From positions 248,001 to 312,000 of the forward strand of contig VJWM01000007.1 in assembly GCA_010909165.1 (NCBI GenBank): a stretch of 64,000 bases of DNA, read 5' to 3'. Below are positions 52,001 to 64,000 of this stretch, in pieces (within the stretch, counting starts at the first letter, position 1; every line of letters begins with the position of its first letter). The stretch is from Anthoceros angustus (Eukaryota; Plantae; Anthocerotophyta). Below the pieces are notes generated by a model. That model saw only the letters and a program-made list of their open reading frames with translations, did not search any database and was not told the DNA's origin. A program made the position numbers and the translations under genes.

Positions 52001-53254
52001 TCGTGGTAAGCCTTAGCACAGCCTTGAGGAACTTTGAAAAGTCCCAACCCATGGCCCGTGAGTCTCGATGGCGAGGTAGATAAAAATGTGGCCGCTCGCA
52101 TACGAGAGTACTTGTGGACCTTGGCCGCCTCAGCCTTCCGCCGCCAACCCGGGGTTTGAGGATAACGTGCTCATAGACATTGTCCCGAGTGGGGTTCGTT
52201 ACAACCACATCGCCGATGTAAACTGGTCCCCCGGGTCAAGAAAAGGTCAGCCTTGAGAGACACACCATTGAGCAAGGTGTAGGGACGCTTCCTTTTGAGA
52301 AAAAAGTTGCCCTCCTTGGCCACTGAGAACATGACGTCCGGATGGCATCATGCATAGCAATGTGCTGCCCCCAGCGGGACAATAGGACAGCGGGCCAGAT
52401 GGGCCCCAAGGTCATCGAGGGAAGCCGCACAACTGCAAGTAGAGAGAGAATAGGTCAAAGGGTGGACCAGACCTAGGCAAAAATGCATCGCGGTAGAAAA
52501 GGTTCCTGGTACAATGCGGAAAGCCTGGATACTGGGACGAGCTGTGGTTAGGAACCTCTTCCCTTCCCGAGCAAGAGCAAAGCCGGGTGGGCTGGAATGG
52601 AGGAATCACGAAGAAGGCCCACCACGCCTACTTATAATGCTTCTTTAGGAGCGACTCTTGAAGCTTCCCCATCCCAACCTCGGGGAGGGAGGAGAAAAGA
52701 GGCATTCCTAGCCTCGAGGATAAAGATCCTCGGCTGTCCTTAAGGACGCAGGGAAATACCTCCTCCTCAAGCCCCAAGACGAACGCCTCAAAATGCGCGA
52801 GTTCAATTAAGAATCGGGAGGCCGGATGGGGTAGAGAGGGCCCATCGTTGAATCGTTGCTTTCCTAAAAAGCAACCGGGCACAGAGACCTCCGTGGCAAG
52901 TAGACCAATGCCCCCAAAAGCGACGGGAAGGGAAGCCGCCCGACTGATCCCTGGGGCACTCAAAAGTGCCCGGGCTAATGATGTCGCCCAAAGCCTGCAA
53001 AATCTCCTTGTCGAAGGCTTCCAGACAGGACAAGAAAGCCGGGGAAGGAAGTACTCCTGTATGAAAGCTAATTCCCCACCGGACTCAAAACCCGAGCCCC
53101 TACGAAAATATATCCCTCTCTGGATACTGAAGAGGAGGCGGAGCACCCAAAGGCCAGACCTTGCATTTTATGATCTTGACCTTCAAGCCAAGCCAGGAGA
53201 GCTCTAAGGAGACAATGCTCTGAAATACGCCATAGTGACGAGCACTCCCTTAAA
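48921..53254. repeat. Tandem duplication: 48921-51116 repeated as 51117-53254
   Basis: Hydrolase 3' end plus CRE 3' half repeated; junction at shared GGGTCAC. Confidence 0.93.
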
Positions 53255-53378
53255 GGGTCACCCTGCCTTGCGCACGTCACCGGGTCTAGCACATAAACCC
53301 CTCCACCGCAAGCCTTGTTGATAGTAGAGATTGGAGGGGGACCCATAGAAATAGCGGACAAAGGGGAAGAGAGTCGAG
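49490..53378 (-). mobile_element. 5'-truncated CRE-clade retrotransposon (family B), interrupted by the tandem duplication (pieces 49490-51123 and 51688-53378)
   Basis: RT fragments LFPFVRYFYG, RQGDPL, ASLPVAFGGIGL; REL fragments YLAIETHGAMG, QRVSIALQRALANA; candidate TSD TGTAAGAAG at 49476 and 53379. Confidence 0.88.
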
Positions 53379-53425
53379 TGTAAGAAGAAGAAGAATATAT
53401 TAGAGTCCACTTGGACAAAATTTTC

Positions 53426-53590
53426 CATGGTACTTAACAACAGCTCGTACCAAGACCATGGTATGCATGGTACTTAACAACAACTTGTATCATGACCATG
53501 GTATGCCTAAGCTACTTGTACCAAGGGCATCCACTCCCTTTAGGCACCCCATCTAAGGGCATCCACTCCTTTAAGCACCCATCCAAGTAC
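53426..53590. repeat. Two adjacent short tandem duplications (~41 bp x2, ~32 bp x2)
   Basis: catggtacttaacaaca...gaccatggtatg x2; aagggcatccactcc..t.a.gcaccc x2. Confidence 0.75.
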
Positions 53591-53970
53591 CCATCGAAGA
53601 TCGGAATGCTTAATAATGGCGTTCTTATAAATGGTCCAAATGGGTGAAAGCATGTGGACCTAGTGTTGGTTGACTGTGCACTTGGCTGGAGGCGTGTTGG
53701 CCGAAGGAAGAAGGGGCGGCTGGGCCAGCCGTCCCTGCACAACCGTCGTGGAAGGAAGAATAACCGTCACTGTATTCCGTTGAAATGCTCCACATTTCCT
53801 TTACGTGGCAAGCAAGCAAAAGGCTTTGGCTGGAATGACACGGTTAAAGGAAGGAGGAGCACTGCGGAAGGCAGTATGAGGCGTCGCATAAGGAAAGGGC
53901 AGCGGAAGGCAGGGATGATCCGGAGCATAAAGAAGGTGGAGCGGAAGTCAAGTGTGAGCCGTCGGACTGG

Positions 53971-55746
53971 ATGAGCATGTCTGGCAGCGGGGACACCGTA
54001 GAGTGGGAGTGGAGCAGTGATGATAAGCACTGGATTGCCTACAGTGCTTCCTGCAGCTCCGAGATAGAGGCAGCCTATGCTGCCGGCTGCTCCAGTGTGC
54101 CGCTCTGTCTCTCATCGAGTCCATCCACCTCCCACACCATCATCTTCCAGGGGCTCCCGCAGCGACAGGTCCCCTTCTTCCCTCGCCCCTTGCCCTTGCG
54201 CCCACCTCTTGCTCCGCTGCTAGCTTCAGCTGGGGTTGGCTTGTCCGACTTGCTTGTGTGCCTGGTGGGCTCAGGTGAACGTGAGGACGCTGCGGTCCAG
54301 GCCCATAAGGCGGCAAGTGCTGGGCGGTGGCCCTGCTGGCCAGCGGGTGTCGTGGGAGTGGTGGGAGGTGGAGAGAGGGACATGGACGCCTTACGATGCA
54401 GCTCTGGCCTCGCAGATAGAGGCAGCCTGGGCTGAGTGCAGCAGCAGCAGGGCGTGCAACCGACCCAACGGGCCCTCGGGGCTGCTCTTGTGCATCAGGA
54501 ATCACTGGTACACGATCGATTTTGAAACTGATGCTCGGCAGTGCAACAATTCCACCATGTTTTGTAGAGGAGTGCGGAGAAGGGCAGATTCTCAGCCAGC
54601 GGCGCCTGCCGCATCCCGTGCTGCCAGGTTTGCCCTACCTTGGACCCGATCACGGACCTCGCGAGATCAGGCTCCCCCCGCCCAGGCCCAGGCCCAGGCC
54701 ACCCAGGAGAGCCTTCCCGTTCCCGTGCAGCTGGGCCAGGTGAATGGTCCATCCCTTAACGAAGAGTACTTCATTCCCTTCCCTGATTGCAATGAATCCG
54801 ACGACTGCCCAATCTGCATCTCCAGCCTCACTGGAGAGGAGGCAGTGAAGCTTTCCAAGTGCAGGCACGCGTACCACAGATCATGCATCCAGCAGTGGTT
54901 CAGGAGCAAGCCCACTTGCCCTGAGTGTGCCACCCCTCACGGGGTCATATTGGGTACTCAGCCAGCAGGGGAGATGAAAGTGCGATACGTTCCCCGAGAA
55001 AGCGAGGGTGGTCTTTCAGGATATCCTCACAGTGATGTCATCGAGATCAGCTATTACTTTCCCAGTGGAATTCAGGTATGCATCCTAGCCGGAAACAGAG
55101 CTACTCTGATGCAGGTCCCCAGTTCTGCGTGATGGTGCAAGTTGTTTACGCTTCGTGTCGTTGTTGTCGTTCCATGGTGGAGGCAGACGGATGAACACCC
55201 CAATCCAGGCCGGGCATATACGGGAACCAGGAGAGTTGCCTACTTGCCGAGGAGCAAAGACGGGGAGGACATCTTGGAGCTTCTCAGAACAGCATGGCAG
55301 CGAAGGCTACTCTTCACAGTAGGAACATCTGTAACGACTGGACGAGAAAACCAAGTAATGTATGTACAGAACTTCTCAACCTGTGTTCTGGCTCTTACAT
55401 TCTCTTGCTAAAATACAGTAGCCCCATGTGACGGATGTTCCTCAATGACGTTGCTGTGCCTTTGTCTATCTGGCTGTCTCCCCTGAAGCTGGGCTGGGAT
55501 CCATCATAAAACAAGCAAATCTGGAGGAGCAGAGTTTTACGGCTATGTGAGTTACTTCTGCACTCTGGCACTTTTCTCCCGTAGTGATCTTAAAGTTGTC
55601 AGATTGGGTTTCCATTGTTGTGCTTTGCCTTAGGAACAGAACCTGTAGTGGGAACTTACACCCTCTATCCTTGTTTGTAGCCTGACGATACATATTTTGC
55701 TCGAGTCCGAAGTGAGCTGGCAGCAGTCGGTGTAACTTCTTTGTGA
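53971..55746 (+). CDS. Deltex-family E3 ubiquitin ligase: WWE-WWE-RING-DTC, 5 exons
   Basis: WEWSSDDKHWIAYS..EIEAAY; WEWWEVERGTWTPYD..QIEAAW; CPIC..CRHAYHRSC..CPEC RING-H2; GTQPAGEM, HPNPG..AYLP, RLLFTVGTSVTTG, IWAGIHHKT, GY|PD. Confidence 0.93.
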
Positions 55747-56314
55747 GAGGTCCAGCAAAGTTTTGAAATTTTCGGAGGTGCAGCGAAGTATTGAAGTTTT
55801 CACAGCTGGGGTAGAAACGAAGGCAGGGCTTGGAGAACCGCGATTTTGAAGAGGCACCTGGTGTGTCTGTTTGTATATTCTTGAATCTAATTAAGAGCAG
55901 ACGGAACGAGTTTTGTGATGTGCATTTGGGTGTTGGTCCATGTTTCCCTTACCGAGTCACACAAGCAGGCTGACGTCATGAAGTTCTGTCCGACGAGATA
56001 CATAACTTGTGTGTGTGTGTGTTCGTGGGGTCACGTGGTTGTGTCATCCTGAAGCAGGTGGCGCGCAGGCATCACATGCACGCATGTTTTGTTTCCTCCC
56101 TTGTCCGTAGTTTCACGTGCAACATGGTTTCAAGTCTGTGACTAACGCAATCACATCTTGTGACTGAGGTGCGGACGTCATAAAGGGGAAGCTGACCGTG
56201 CCGAGAGTCCCAGACCAAGCCCTACCGTTTTCGCCTATTTGCTGCATCGTAAACGTTTAATCTCACGCCAAGCTAAGCTTCGCCGATTCAGTCCATCCTG
56301 GGTCCATATGGGTA

Positions 56315-56646
56315 CAGGCAGCACCCTCTAATTGGGACCCAATCCCTTTAATTGGAACACCCGAGCTTACTCGCTTGATATAAAGGGGTTTTTGTAATTG
56401 GGATATTTTGTCCCAAGCATTCATCAGTTACCCCTCTCAAGATGGGAAATTATCTATATATTAATTAAAATTAAAATTATTAAAAATAAGTTTATTATCA
56501 TGAAGATTATGCCAAATCCAAATAGGTTCATCGTGCACATCTCAAAACAACTAAATAGCAAACAAAGATTAGTTAATTGGGAACCCCTCTAAATGGGATG
56601 TTAAGCGGTACTTCCAATTGTTCCCGATGATAGGGGGTGGACTCCA
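56315..56646. mobile_element. Degenerate relative of the 12904-13445 MITE
   Basis: TA|CAGGCAGCACCCTCTAATTGGGA ... TTCCCGATGATAGGGGGTGGACT; shared internal CCTCTAAATGGGA motifs. Confidence 0.6.
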
Positions 56647-57640
56647 TAGTGCCCGATCCTCTAGCTCCCAAGTCCCCGTGCGTCTAGCAACTTGCTACAC
56701 CATAACAAAATGATTATGCCCTAATAGGGATGCTCGGTGTACGTACTGTTAGGTAAAGTAACCAATAAACAAGGAACAAAGCCTAGCTCCCATGGCATGC
56801 TTTTGTTGTTATTGGTTCTTTTCACTCTTTGGCCATTGTCATTCTCCAGCTAACAGACCGCATTCAAGATTGTTTGTTCAAACATGTTGTGTCCATCACT
56901 TGAACTGTTCACAGGCTGCTGATCCCGTGTCTTGGCTTGATCTTTTGACTTCCCAGATTGCTAAGGAACACAATGCCCCAATTGTACCAAGTAGAGCCCA
57001 TTATGCAAACCCTGTCCAGATTCTAATCATGGTGAAAAATTATCGTGGCTATCATTCAGAGTTGTTCAAAGCTGCATATTCAGAGGTTGTTGATTTTCCT
57101 TGCACATACAACAACGAGGACAAAAGGATATGACAAGTCCCATCATTTCTTAGGAACTTCATTGAACAGTGCCTGTGTGAAAGCTAACAAGCCTTTGTGT
57201 GCAGTGCTATCCTTAGACTTTCCATAAATACATATTCAATAGTACCTATTTCTCATTGTGTTTGGAACTCGAAAAGCGATGAACTCAAGACCTGCAGTCT
57301 GCCTCATTTCTTTTTGTTGAATAGGTAGTAGCTATGTTAGGTGTCACATTTACGCATATTTACAGTTTCTAGAACGGGATCATATACTCTGTGTGCCATG
57401 AGTATTTCGGTTGAGGTAGGCAGTGATTTTGCATCTTGCAGCGATACGTTTTGAAAAACCATCTCTTAAATGATTTCTTTTTCTTCACAATGTGTCCAAA
57501 ACCGAATACCTCTACGGTAATAAATATTCTCGATTTTTTGAACCCATCCTACAAAAATGGCTTACCCCGTAGACTTTCAAGGACCATGAATAGACTTGAT
57601 GTAGGACTATCAAGGACCATCAATAGTTGTATGGTAAGAT

Positions 57641-57683
57641 CCAATAGACTTCCTACAACATCATGTTGTAGGAAGTCTATTGG
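57641..57683. repeat. Perfect 21-bp inverted repeat, 1-nt spacer
   Basis: CCAATAGACTTCCTACAACAT-c-ATGTTGTAGGAAGTCTATTGG. Confidence 0.95.
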
Positions 57684-58120
57684 GACCCTACATTAGGTAC
57701 CCACTTTTATAATTTTTGTTTTTCAAGTTGCGGCTCTATTGTAAAGCTCATTTGATCGACTAGTTAGTGATCAATGATATGGTACCAGTAAAGAAATGAA
57801 TAGGACAAGGAGAGAGACGAAGATCTGCAGACACACTAGTTAGCTTGCTCTTGGGCAGGGGCTTGGTATGAAAATAGGTGCCTCACAGACTTCCCGTTCT
57901 TCACTGTACTCACAAGGGAATGTCAAATTCATAGGTGTCATTAAGGCAAGCTGCAACGACATGGCAAGAAGGCAATACAGTCAAAATATTATTATGTTCT
58001 AAGAACAGCCAGCCAGTAAGCAATGTAATGGTTCTAACAAGAGTCAGTGTTCACTTTACATGCACAATATGCAACAATAGTTCACAATGTAGAATTGTTA
58101 GTTTTTAGCAGCTCGTTAGT

Positions 58121-58152
58121 AAGCATTCATAGTGCAAGCACTATGAATGCTT
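58121..58152. repeat. Perfect 15-bp inverted repeat, 2-nt spacer
   Basis: AAGCATTCATAGTGC-aa-GCACTATGAATGCTT. Confidence 0.95.
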
Positions 58153-59293
58153 GAATCATCGTGGTGGGACATGATCAGCAAGCAATTGCAAAACGGGACA
58201 GTAGCATTATGAGAACATGATAGCCAACAGCAAGGCCTAGAGCAAGGCTCCAATGTTGTCTTATTTTATTAATCAAGTCCTTTCCTCATTATATCCAGTG
58301 AGATACACTAACCGAGATACTTCCTCAGAGTGCTCAAGAGACATAGTTGCAAGGAGCCTTATAGTCTTTATCTACAACTCAATAGGAAGAATACCTACTT
58401 ATCACAGCACTTGCCTAAGCTTTGGCCTCGAGCCCTACGTAACACCTTTCAAAATATCTTCTTAATTAATAGTAGCATGCCCGTGGCTGGTGCCTGGCCC
58501 CAAATCCCTTGGTCATGAGGCCAGATGGAACTATAACATACTTCATCTGATTCACTCTCACACATCCTTATCACTCACTCATCACTCTCACACAAGTTTG
58601 TATTTAATCCTCACCGCTGATCAGCTACCCCTAGGCCTAAACACATGCTGCTAATGCTCAAACATGACCTTGGAATTCTGTTGAGCAGCGCACACAACTT
58701 GCAAAAGCAAACAGCAAGGACATCTTGTTCGGATCTTGTTCGACTTGTGGAGATTTATCCAGCCTAGGGTTGCCCAACCAATGTGCCTAATTTTGCCTTC
58801 CACGGCCATTCCCACCTTCAGCGTAGGCACGCAGCCGGATCAGGACACAGGAAAGTAGAGCTTTTGGAGTGATGGCATCATGCGCCAGAAACTCCACGGC
58901 TGCAAGGCAGAAAGCCTCCTTGAAGTGCTCCTGAAGTAGCAACAATGCTACACCACGTTGAACGGTAGTGAGATCCGTAGATGCTCCTGCTTCTCATACT
59001 CCTCACCTTTGTGCATGCAGGCAACAACTGCTTCATGGTGTCACTTACGGCGTGTTTAGGGTCTTCACACCCTCGGCTGTTCTGCACAACGACGTCGACC
59101 ATGTCTGGATTGGATATATAGCACAAATATACAAATAGTCGTATGCATTCCCTTCAATGCTGCTACAGAGATGGTCAACCATGTTCATTTACTATTGTTT
59201 AATGAATTGCATGCACTAACGACATAGGCATCATTTCCATTGAAAACAATGGTCGTCCTGTGGGACGAACCCTTCGTCTACCACTGTGGGCCG

Positions 59294-59880
59294 CTAAAAG
59301 ATATAAACTTCTGTACGACACCCTAATTGTGTGCCTTCTTCTGCAGGGTATGGCATTTCAAAGCCCATAAAAAACCCCATTCCGCGTATATTCACGTCAA
59401 GAGCCGCTTCAAATATTATCATGTTCTCTCTAGACATATGGATAGCTAGCTTTGGGAGTCTTTCGTCCTCCATATTTTGCACTTTATTCCTGTTTGTTGG
59501 AGGGCATGGATTTCAAGTGGAAACGCTTCTACATCGACAAGGACATTAGCTTTGCAAGTTTGTGGGCAGACACACGGGTGCCATCTGAGGAAGTCTAGTT
59601 AGCCTTTTTTTTCATTTGCTCTCCACTGGTTGAGGATGCATACACGCCCCCATACTTCAACAGTGGATAAGAGTGTTGAGGCTTGCGAGGTTTAGGCTGA
59701 GGTCGTCAAATTTATTCGTTATCCGAGGAAGAGGACATCTGCCAAGAATGCAACGGATATGCAAGAGGTACAACCAAGGACAAGTGGATGACGAAAAGTC
59801 TTTTTGGTTTGAATGCCCAAGCACTTCAAGAGCCAAGGAAAAAATGCTTTTCGACGGTTTGAAGAAGGCATAAGATATCA
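59294..59880. mobile_element. Decayed LINE (RTE/L2-like) C-terminal fragments in both orientations
   Basis: Plus: LARFRLRSSNL..GRGHLPRMQRICKR..QVDDEKSFWFECP; minus: MEDERLPKLA. Confidence 0.6.
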
Positions 59881-60469
59881 GCAATGCACCAGGTTTTCTT
59901 CTAGGGAAGGTTTTAGTGGCCACGAGGAAGATAGCGGAAGAGGTAAATGACAGATGTAGAAATACCGAAAGGGAATATTTGTACATGTATTCTGAGGAAA
60001 ACTAGTACTCGGATAATAGATATGGCGATCTGCACATATCGATAAAGAAGACAAACGGGACCTCTTCAAAGGCAAGAACACCACTTAGCACTAGCTTGTA
60101 CCGCAGAGCAACCCCCAATACATGAGTCGAAACTCCACGTGTACCCTAACACACAAAGATCTGAATAATTATCTAATTGCATCACGGTGGTAGTAGGTAA
60201 GTCAAATAACACACGATTCCACTCGGCCAATACGTGAACAGTCATAGCCGATTTGAATAACCACATGATTTCACTTGGCGAATGGCTGAACAATCATAGC
60301 CGATTTGAACGACCACATAATTCCACTCGACAAATAGCTGTAGTTAGAGACGTCAATACATGTGGTCAAAGTTTTGGTAGTATATACGATAAGCATAAAT
60401 CTGGGATAATCTATAAAGTAAAAACATAACTTAAGGAGTTAACAATAATATGGTAGTCAATTATCAGAA

Positions 60470-60599
60470 CTAGCAAGTACTCCCAAGTCATCAGGGCCCT
60501 AACTTTTGCCTTAGTTATAGCACTAGTAGGTTGTCTAGCGAGTACTCCCAAGCCATCAGGGCCCTGACTTTTGCCTTAGTTATAGCACTAGTAGGTTGT
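60470..60599. repeat. 65-bp tandem duplication
   Basis: ctagc.agtactcccaag.catcagggccct.acttttgccttagttatagcactagtaggttgt x2. Confidence 0.93.
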
Positions 60600-61074
60600 C
60601 ATGGCATGGATAGATACCCGACTATGTACATAATAAAGTGGTAAACCGTAGGACGCAAAGCTAGGTTGGTTTGATGGATGATGCCAAAGGTATGGCATGA
60701 CATGTGTATGTGGATGTGACTTATGTATGTCATGTGGCATGCAAATGATATATGGCATGTGGCGTGATGAGAGGACATGGACATAAAGATTTGTCCATAG
60801 ATATTTAAATTAACTTTAGATATTAGGATAAATATAAAAAAGGCAAGTGATATTTATAGAATAGATATCTAGAGAATAGAAGGAATCTTTAGCATGCTAT
60901 GGTCAAGATAAAGCAGGAAGATATTGAGATATAAGACTGCCTAAGGCTATGTATGTAGGATCTGTGGATCCATTAAAAGGTTTGCAATGTCTGCCTTGAG
61001 ATAGATTATATTCTTGATAATAAAGAGACAGACATACTTGTGCCGTACATTGTTGTTCTTCCATTGCATTGTGC

Positions 61075-63922
61075 AAAGATAAAGGAAAGATTTTATTGAG
61101 GTGAAAAAACGATGGGAAAAGCCCATCTAGGAGGGGACAACCAAAGAGGACCAGGGGTCGAGGTGAAGAGGAGCAAATAAGCTCCCTACCTAAAGTCACC
61201 CATCGCACCCACAATGTCATATGCGTGAAGAATAAACGGCCCGCAAACCACGGAGGTAGAGGAAGATGCGCCACCCACCGCCGCCGCCTTGTGGAGGATC
61301 GCTGAGAGCGCCTGCTGAAGGGCAATTGAAACCCGCTGTCGGAAGTATGCCGTGAAGTACGAGAGGGACCACGTGTCTACGCATGGTAAGCTTTGGCATG
61401 ACTTGACAAATTTGTCAAAGTCCTCACCATTGCCCCATACGCTTTAGTGAATAAAGAGGTGGCCCGCTTGCATCCCGCAATATTTATGACCTTGAGAGTC
61501 CGCCCAGCAGCCTCAACTCGGACGCTAGTGATGACCGAGCGAGATGGTGTCTCGTGTAGGATCGGTAACCACCACATCCGCCATCAAACCGGTCGCCACG
61601 ACAAGGTACAGTCACCGATTGAACGACCAGACGGAGAGTATACATCCGCTCCCTCCATGCCATGTAGCCGCGAGCGATGGCGAACATGACATCGCTGGAT
61701 GGCGCCGTGAGTGGCAATCGATGACCCCGTAGGGACAACGAGCAAGGTGTACCCGTAATCATCGAGGCGAGCCGCACTGCAAGTAAGGAGCGAAGAAGCC
61801 ACAGTCGAGCAGCAAGACGGAATCGCATCGCAGAGTGAAGGTGGTTGGTGCGATGTGAAAACCCCAGATGCATGGGCGGCCAACAGCCAAGCACCGCGCC
61901 TTCCTGCAACAAGAGCGAGCCGCGCCTTGTGGACCTGGGATGGAGGGGTCCCGGAGGGCGATCGAAAGCCCGCCGAGCCGCTCGAGCGTAGATGCCTCGC
62001 AACCCCTCGAAACCATCAAGAATAAATGTCGAGAAAGGAGGGAAGTCCTTCCGAGCATCCACTGATAACATGTCCCTAGCTTGCCTCAAGGACGTTTGGA
62101 GAGAGAAGGTTCCCTCCTCCACACCTGATACGAGATCCTCCAGAAAGGGCCTGTCATGGAGGATGAACCGAGAAGCCAAAGCAGGCAGAGGGCCCAATCG
62201 CCTGTGAAAGCCGCCGGGAAGAGACCTCCGAGAGTGCACTGTGCCTCCAAATTGCATGTAGGGACGCTTGCCGGGCCGACGCCCATAGGGCACTCAAAAG
62301 CCCCGAGCCTGGATGTCCCCGAGAGTATCCATAATCTTCCTATCAAACCGCCGCAGCCGGGACAAAAGTGTCGGGGATGGAGGCAACGTACGGATGAGGT
62401 AACCAGGGCGCCTAGCAAAACAGGAGGAAAGAATTCCAAAGGCCACATGTGCATCCTCCAAAGAAAGGGAGGTCCTCGACATGGGAGAGGTCCTCAGAGC
62501 CCGTCCAGAAGCTCCCGATGAAGTCGGGAACCAAGGGGACCCCTAGAATCAGAACAGCCGGAGCAATCTCCCAGTGAGATTGCAAAGTAGGTAGAATCCC
62601 GACGGAGACCGACGCTGCACTTGGATGCCTTGACCTTCAAGCCCACCAGAAGCTCATGAGAGAAGAGCTCAAAGGCCTCCTTAACTTTGTCCCTGTGCCC
62701 GAGGATGTGAGAGTCGCCCCACAAGGGAAGACACAACAAGGCTGAGAAGGCGGCCCTAGATAGGGCCCTATAGTGAGCAATGGCGAAGAGAGCACCGCCT
62801 AGGGGGTCGCCTTGCCTGGTACCTGTGGCCGATTCCAAGACAGTAGACAAGAACTCAAGAGACGTCAGGCCGGTAGTAGAGGTTGGAGGACCTCCGTAGA
62901 AGCACCGACAAAAGGTATAAGGCTCCCAACGCCGCCAAGATCCCTAAGCTCCTCAAGATGACGCCCTAGAAATGGTATTGAAGGCGCTCGACATCAACTC
63001 AGAAGACCACCCACCCGGTGGGTATCAAGGCATGCCTTCACTCCAAGCACCATGCACTCACTGAGTGGCAATGCCAAATTGAAGGGGTTGAGGTGTCAAG
63101 AAGAGCGCAATCAAGGGCAATAGTGTGGTGAGTAGTCGCATGAAGGCTTCTCATGAGTGGGCGACGCCTGAGCGTGTGCTTGTCCATAGCGACAAGCCGC
63201 TAGCCGCAAGAACATGGGAAATCCGGTGAGGCGTCTCACCCCGAGCCACCGCAGCGGCCAGAGAAAAGAGCTCTGGGAAGCCGCTAGATGGATCTTCGGG
63301 GAGAAAAAGGTCCCTGAGGTGTTCAAACACCATTCCTGACAACCCGGCAGATGAAAGACGTGGGGTCGTAGAGAGTGCCAGAGCAAAAGCTGCCCGATCC
63401 AGAGAGAAGGGATCCTCCGGGACGTAGTCAGATATGTCCGGGGGGATGGCATCCTTGGGAGCTGGATGGAGGGCACGGAGGGCAACAATGGTCTCCTCGA
63501 GCGGGGCTAGGGAGGGTCAAGAGCCTGGCAACATGAGCATACCACCGCTCGCTCGGCTTGCAACGACGCAGGTTTGTTGCATTACCCGGACTGCTCCAAC
63601 CTGCGGATTCCGCCCGAGCCTTGGCAGCACGCAAAGCCTCCTCCTGGAGGGATGCCCAGTCACCAGCCCGAAAGCGCCGAAGACGGCTAGCAACTTCCCG
63701 ATGCCCAGAAGCCCCACCCCTAGAACACCGAAGGCACCACCGGGGGAGAAGCAGGAGAAGGCACCAAGCTAACTCGTCCTGGGGATCGAGCGCAAGGCGA
63801 TCCAAGGGAAGACGGAACGCCAAACGGGCATCATCATGAAGGTGGCGGGGAAGCCTGCGGAAGATGCGCGGGCATGGAAAGCGGGTTTCAAACATCCCAA
63901 GTATGTGATCCAGCTGACCCCG
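61075..63922 (-). mobile_element. CRE-clade non-LTR retrotransposon (family A), 5'-truncated, frameshifted, with 13-bp TSD
   Basis: RLRRFRAGDWASL, SGMVFEHLRD, GTRQGDPLGGALFAIAH (RT), FARRPGYLIRTLPP, REL region; CATTGCATTGTGC at 61062-61074 and 63923-63935. Confidence 0.92.
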
Positions 63923-64000
63923 CATTGCATTGTGCTGGTTGTTGTAAGTATCTAATGGGAGCTGAGATTGCCATTTCCTACATCTACAGATCCTGCATAG

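Noticed and set aside
61300-63900. Programmed frameshifting or ancient decay in the CRE ORF
   Set aside because: Dense small deletions alongside a perfect TSD are better explained by uncorrected long-read errors in repeats
13631-63922. All four CRE insertions on the minus strand
   Set aside because: With four insertions, same orientation has a 1-in-8 chance; not significant

Overview
Gene-dense eukaryotic nuclear DNA from a green plant, most likely a non-seed streptophyte (bryophyte/lycophyte or zygnematophyte-type alga; inferred from ~100-bp GT-AG introns, a telo-box, RAF2, Em/LEA and a Deltex gene). It contains 14 apparently intact protein-coding genes: RPS17, an RCC1-repeat protein, a calumenin-like EF-hand protein, a plastid-type Rieske-fold protein, METTL5, MPP-alpha, RAF2, MON2, an Em/LEA_5 protein, an intronless AT-rich kinase, CBR2-like, LFG/BI1-like, an alpha/beta-hydrolase and a WWE-WWE-RING-DTC Deltex ligase. 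These are separated by TE-rich islands at 12.9-18.9, 49.3-53.6 and 56.3-64 kb, which hold CRE-clade non-LTR retrotransposons (two with exact 13-bp TSDs), TA-flanked MITEs, minisatellites and pseudogene relics; 36-41 kb holds relics and the kinase cassette. Most notable: (i) a Rieske-fold protein whose Cys/His cluster ligands are converted to CxxC...CxxC; (ii) an animal-type Deltex E3 ligase; (iii) a compositionally foreign, intronless kinase cassette bracketed by direct repeats and followed by a perfect hairpin; (iv) a Cys-less HMA-like domain fused to a pheophytinase-like hydrolase; (v) a 2.2-kb microhomology-joined tandem duplication. Gene models were spliced by eye and family assignments come from recalled motifs, not database searches.
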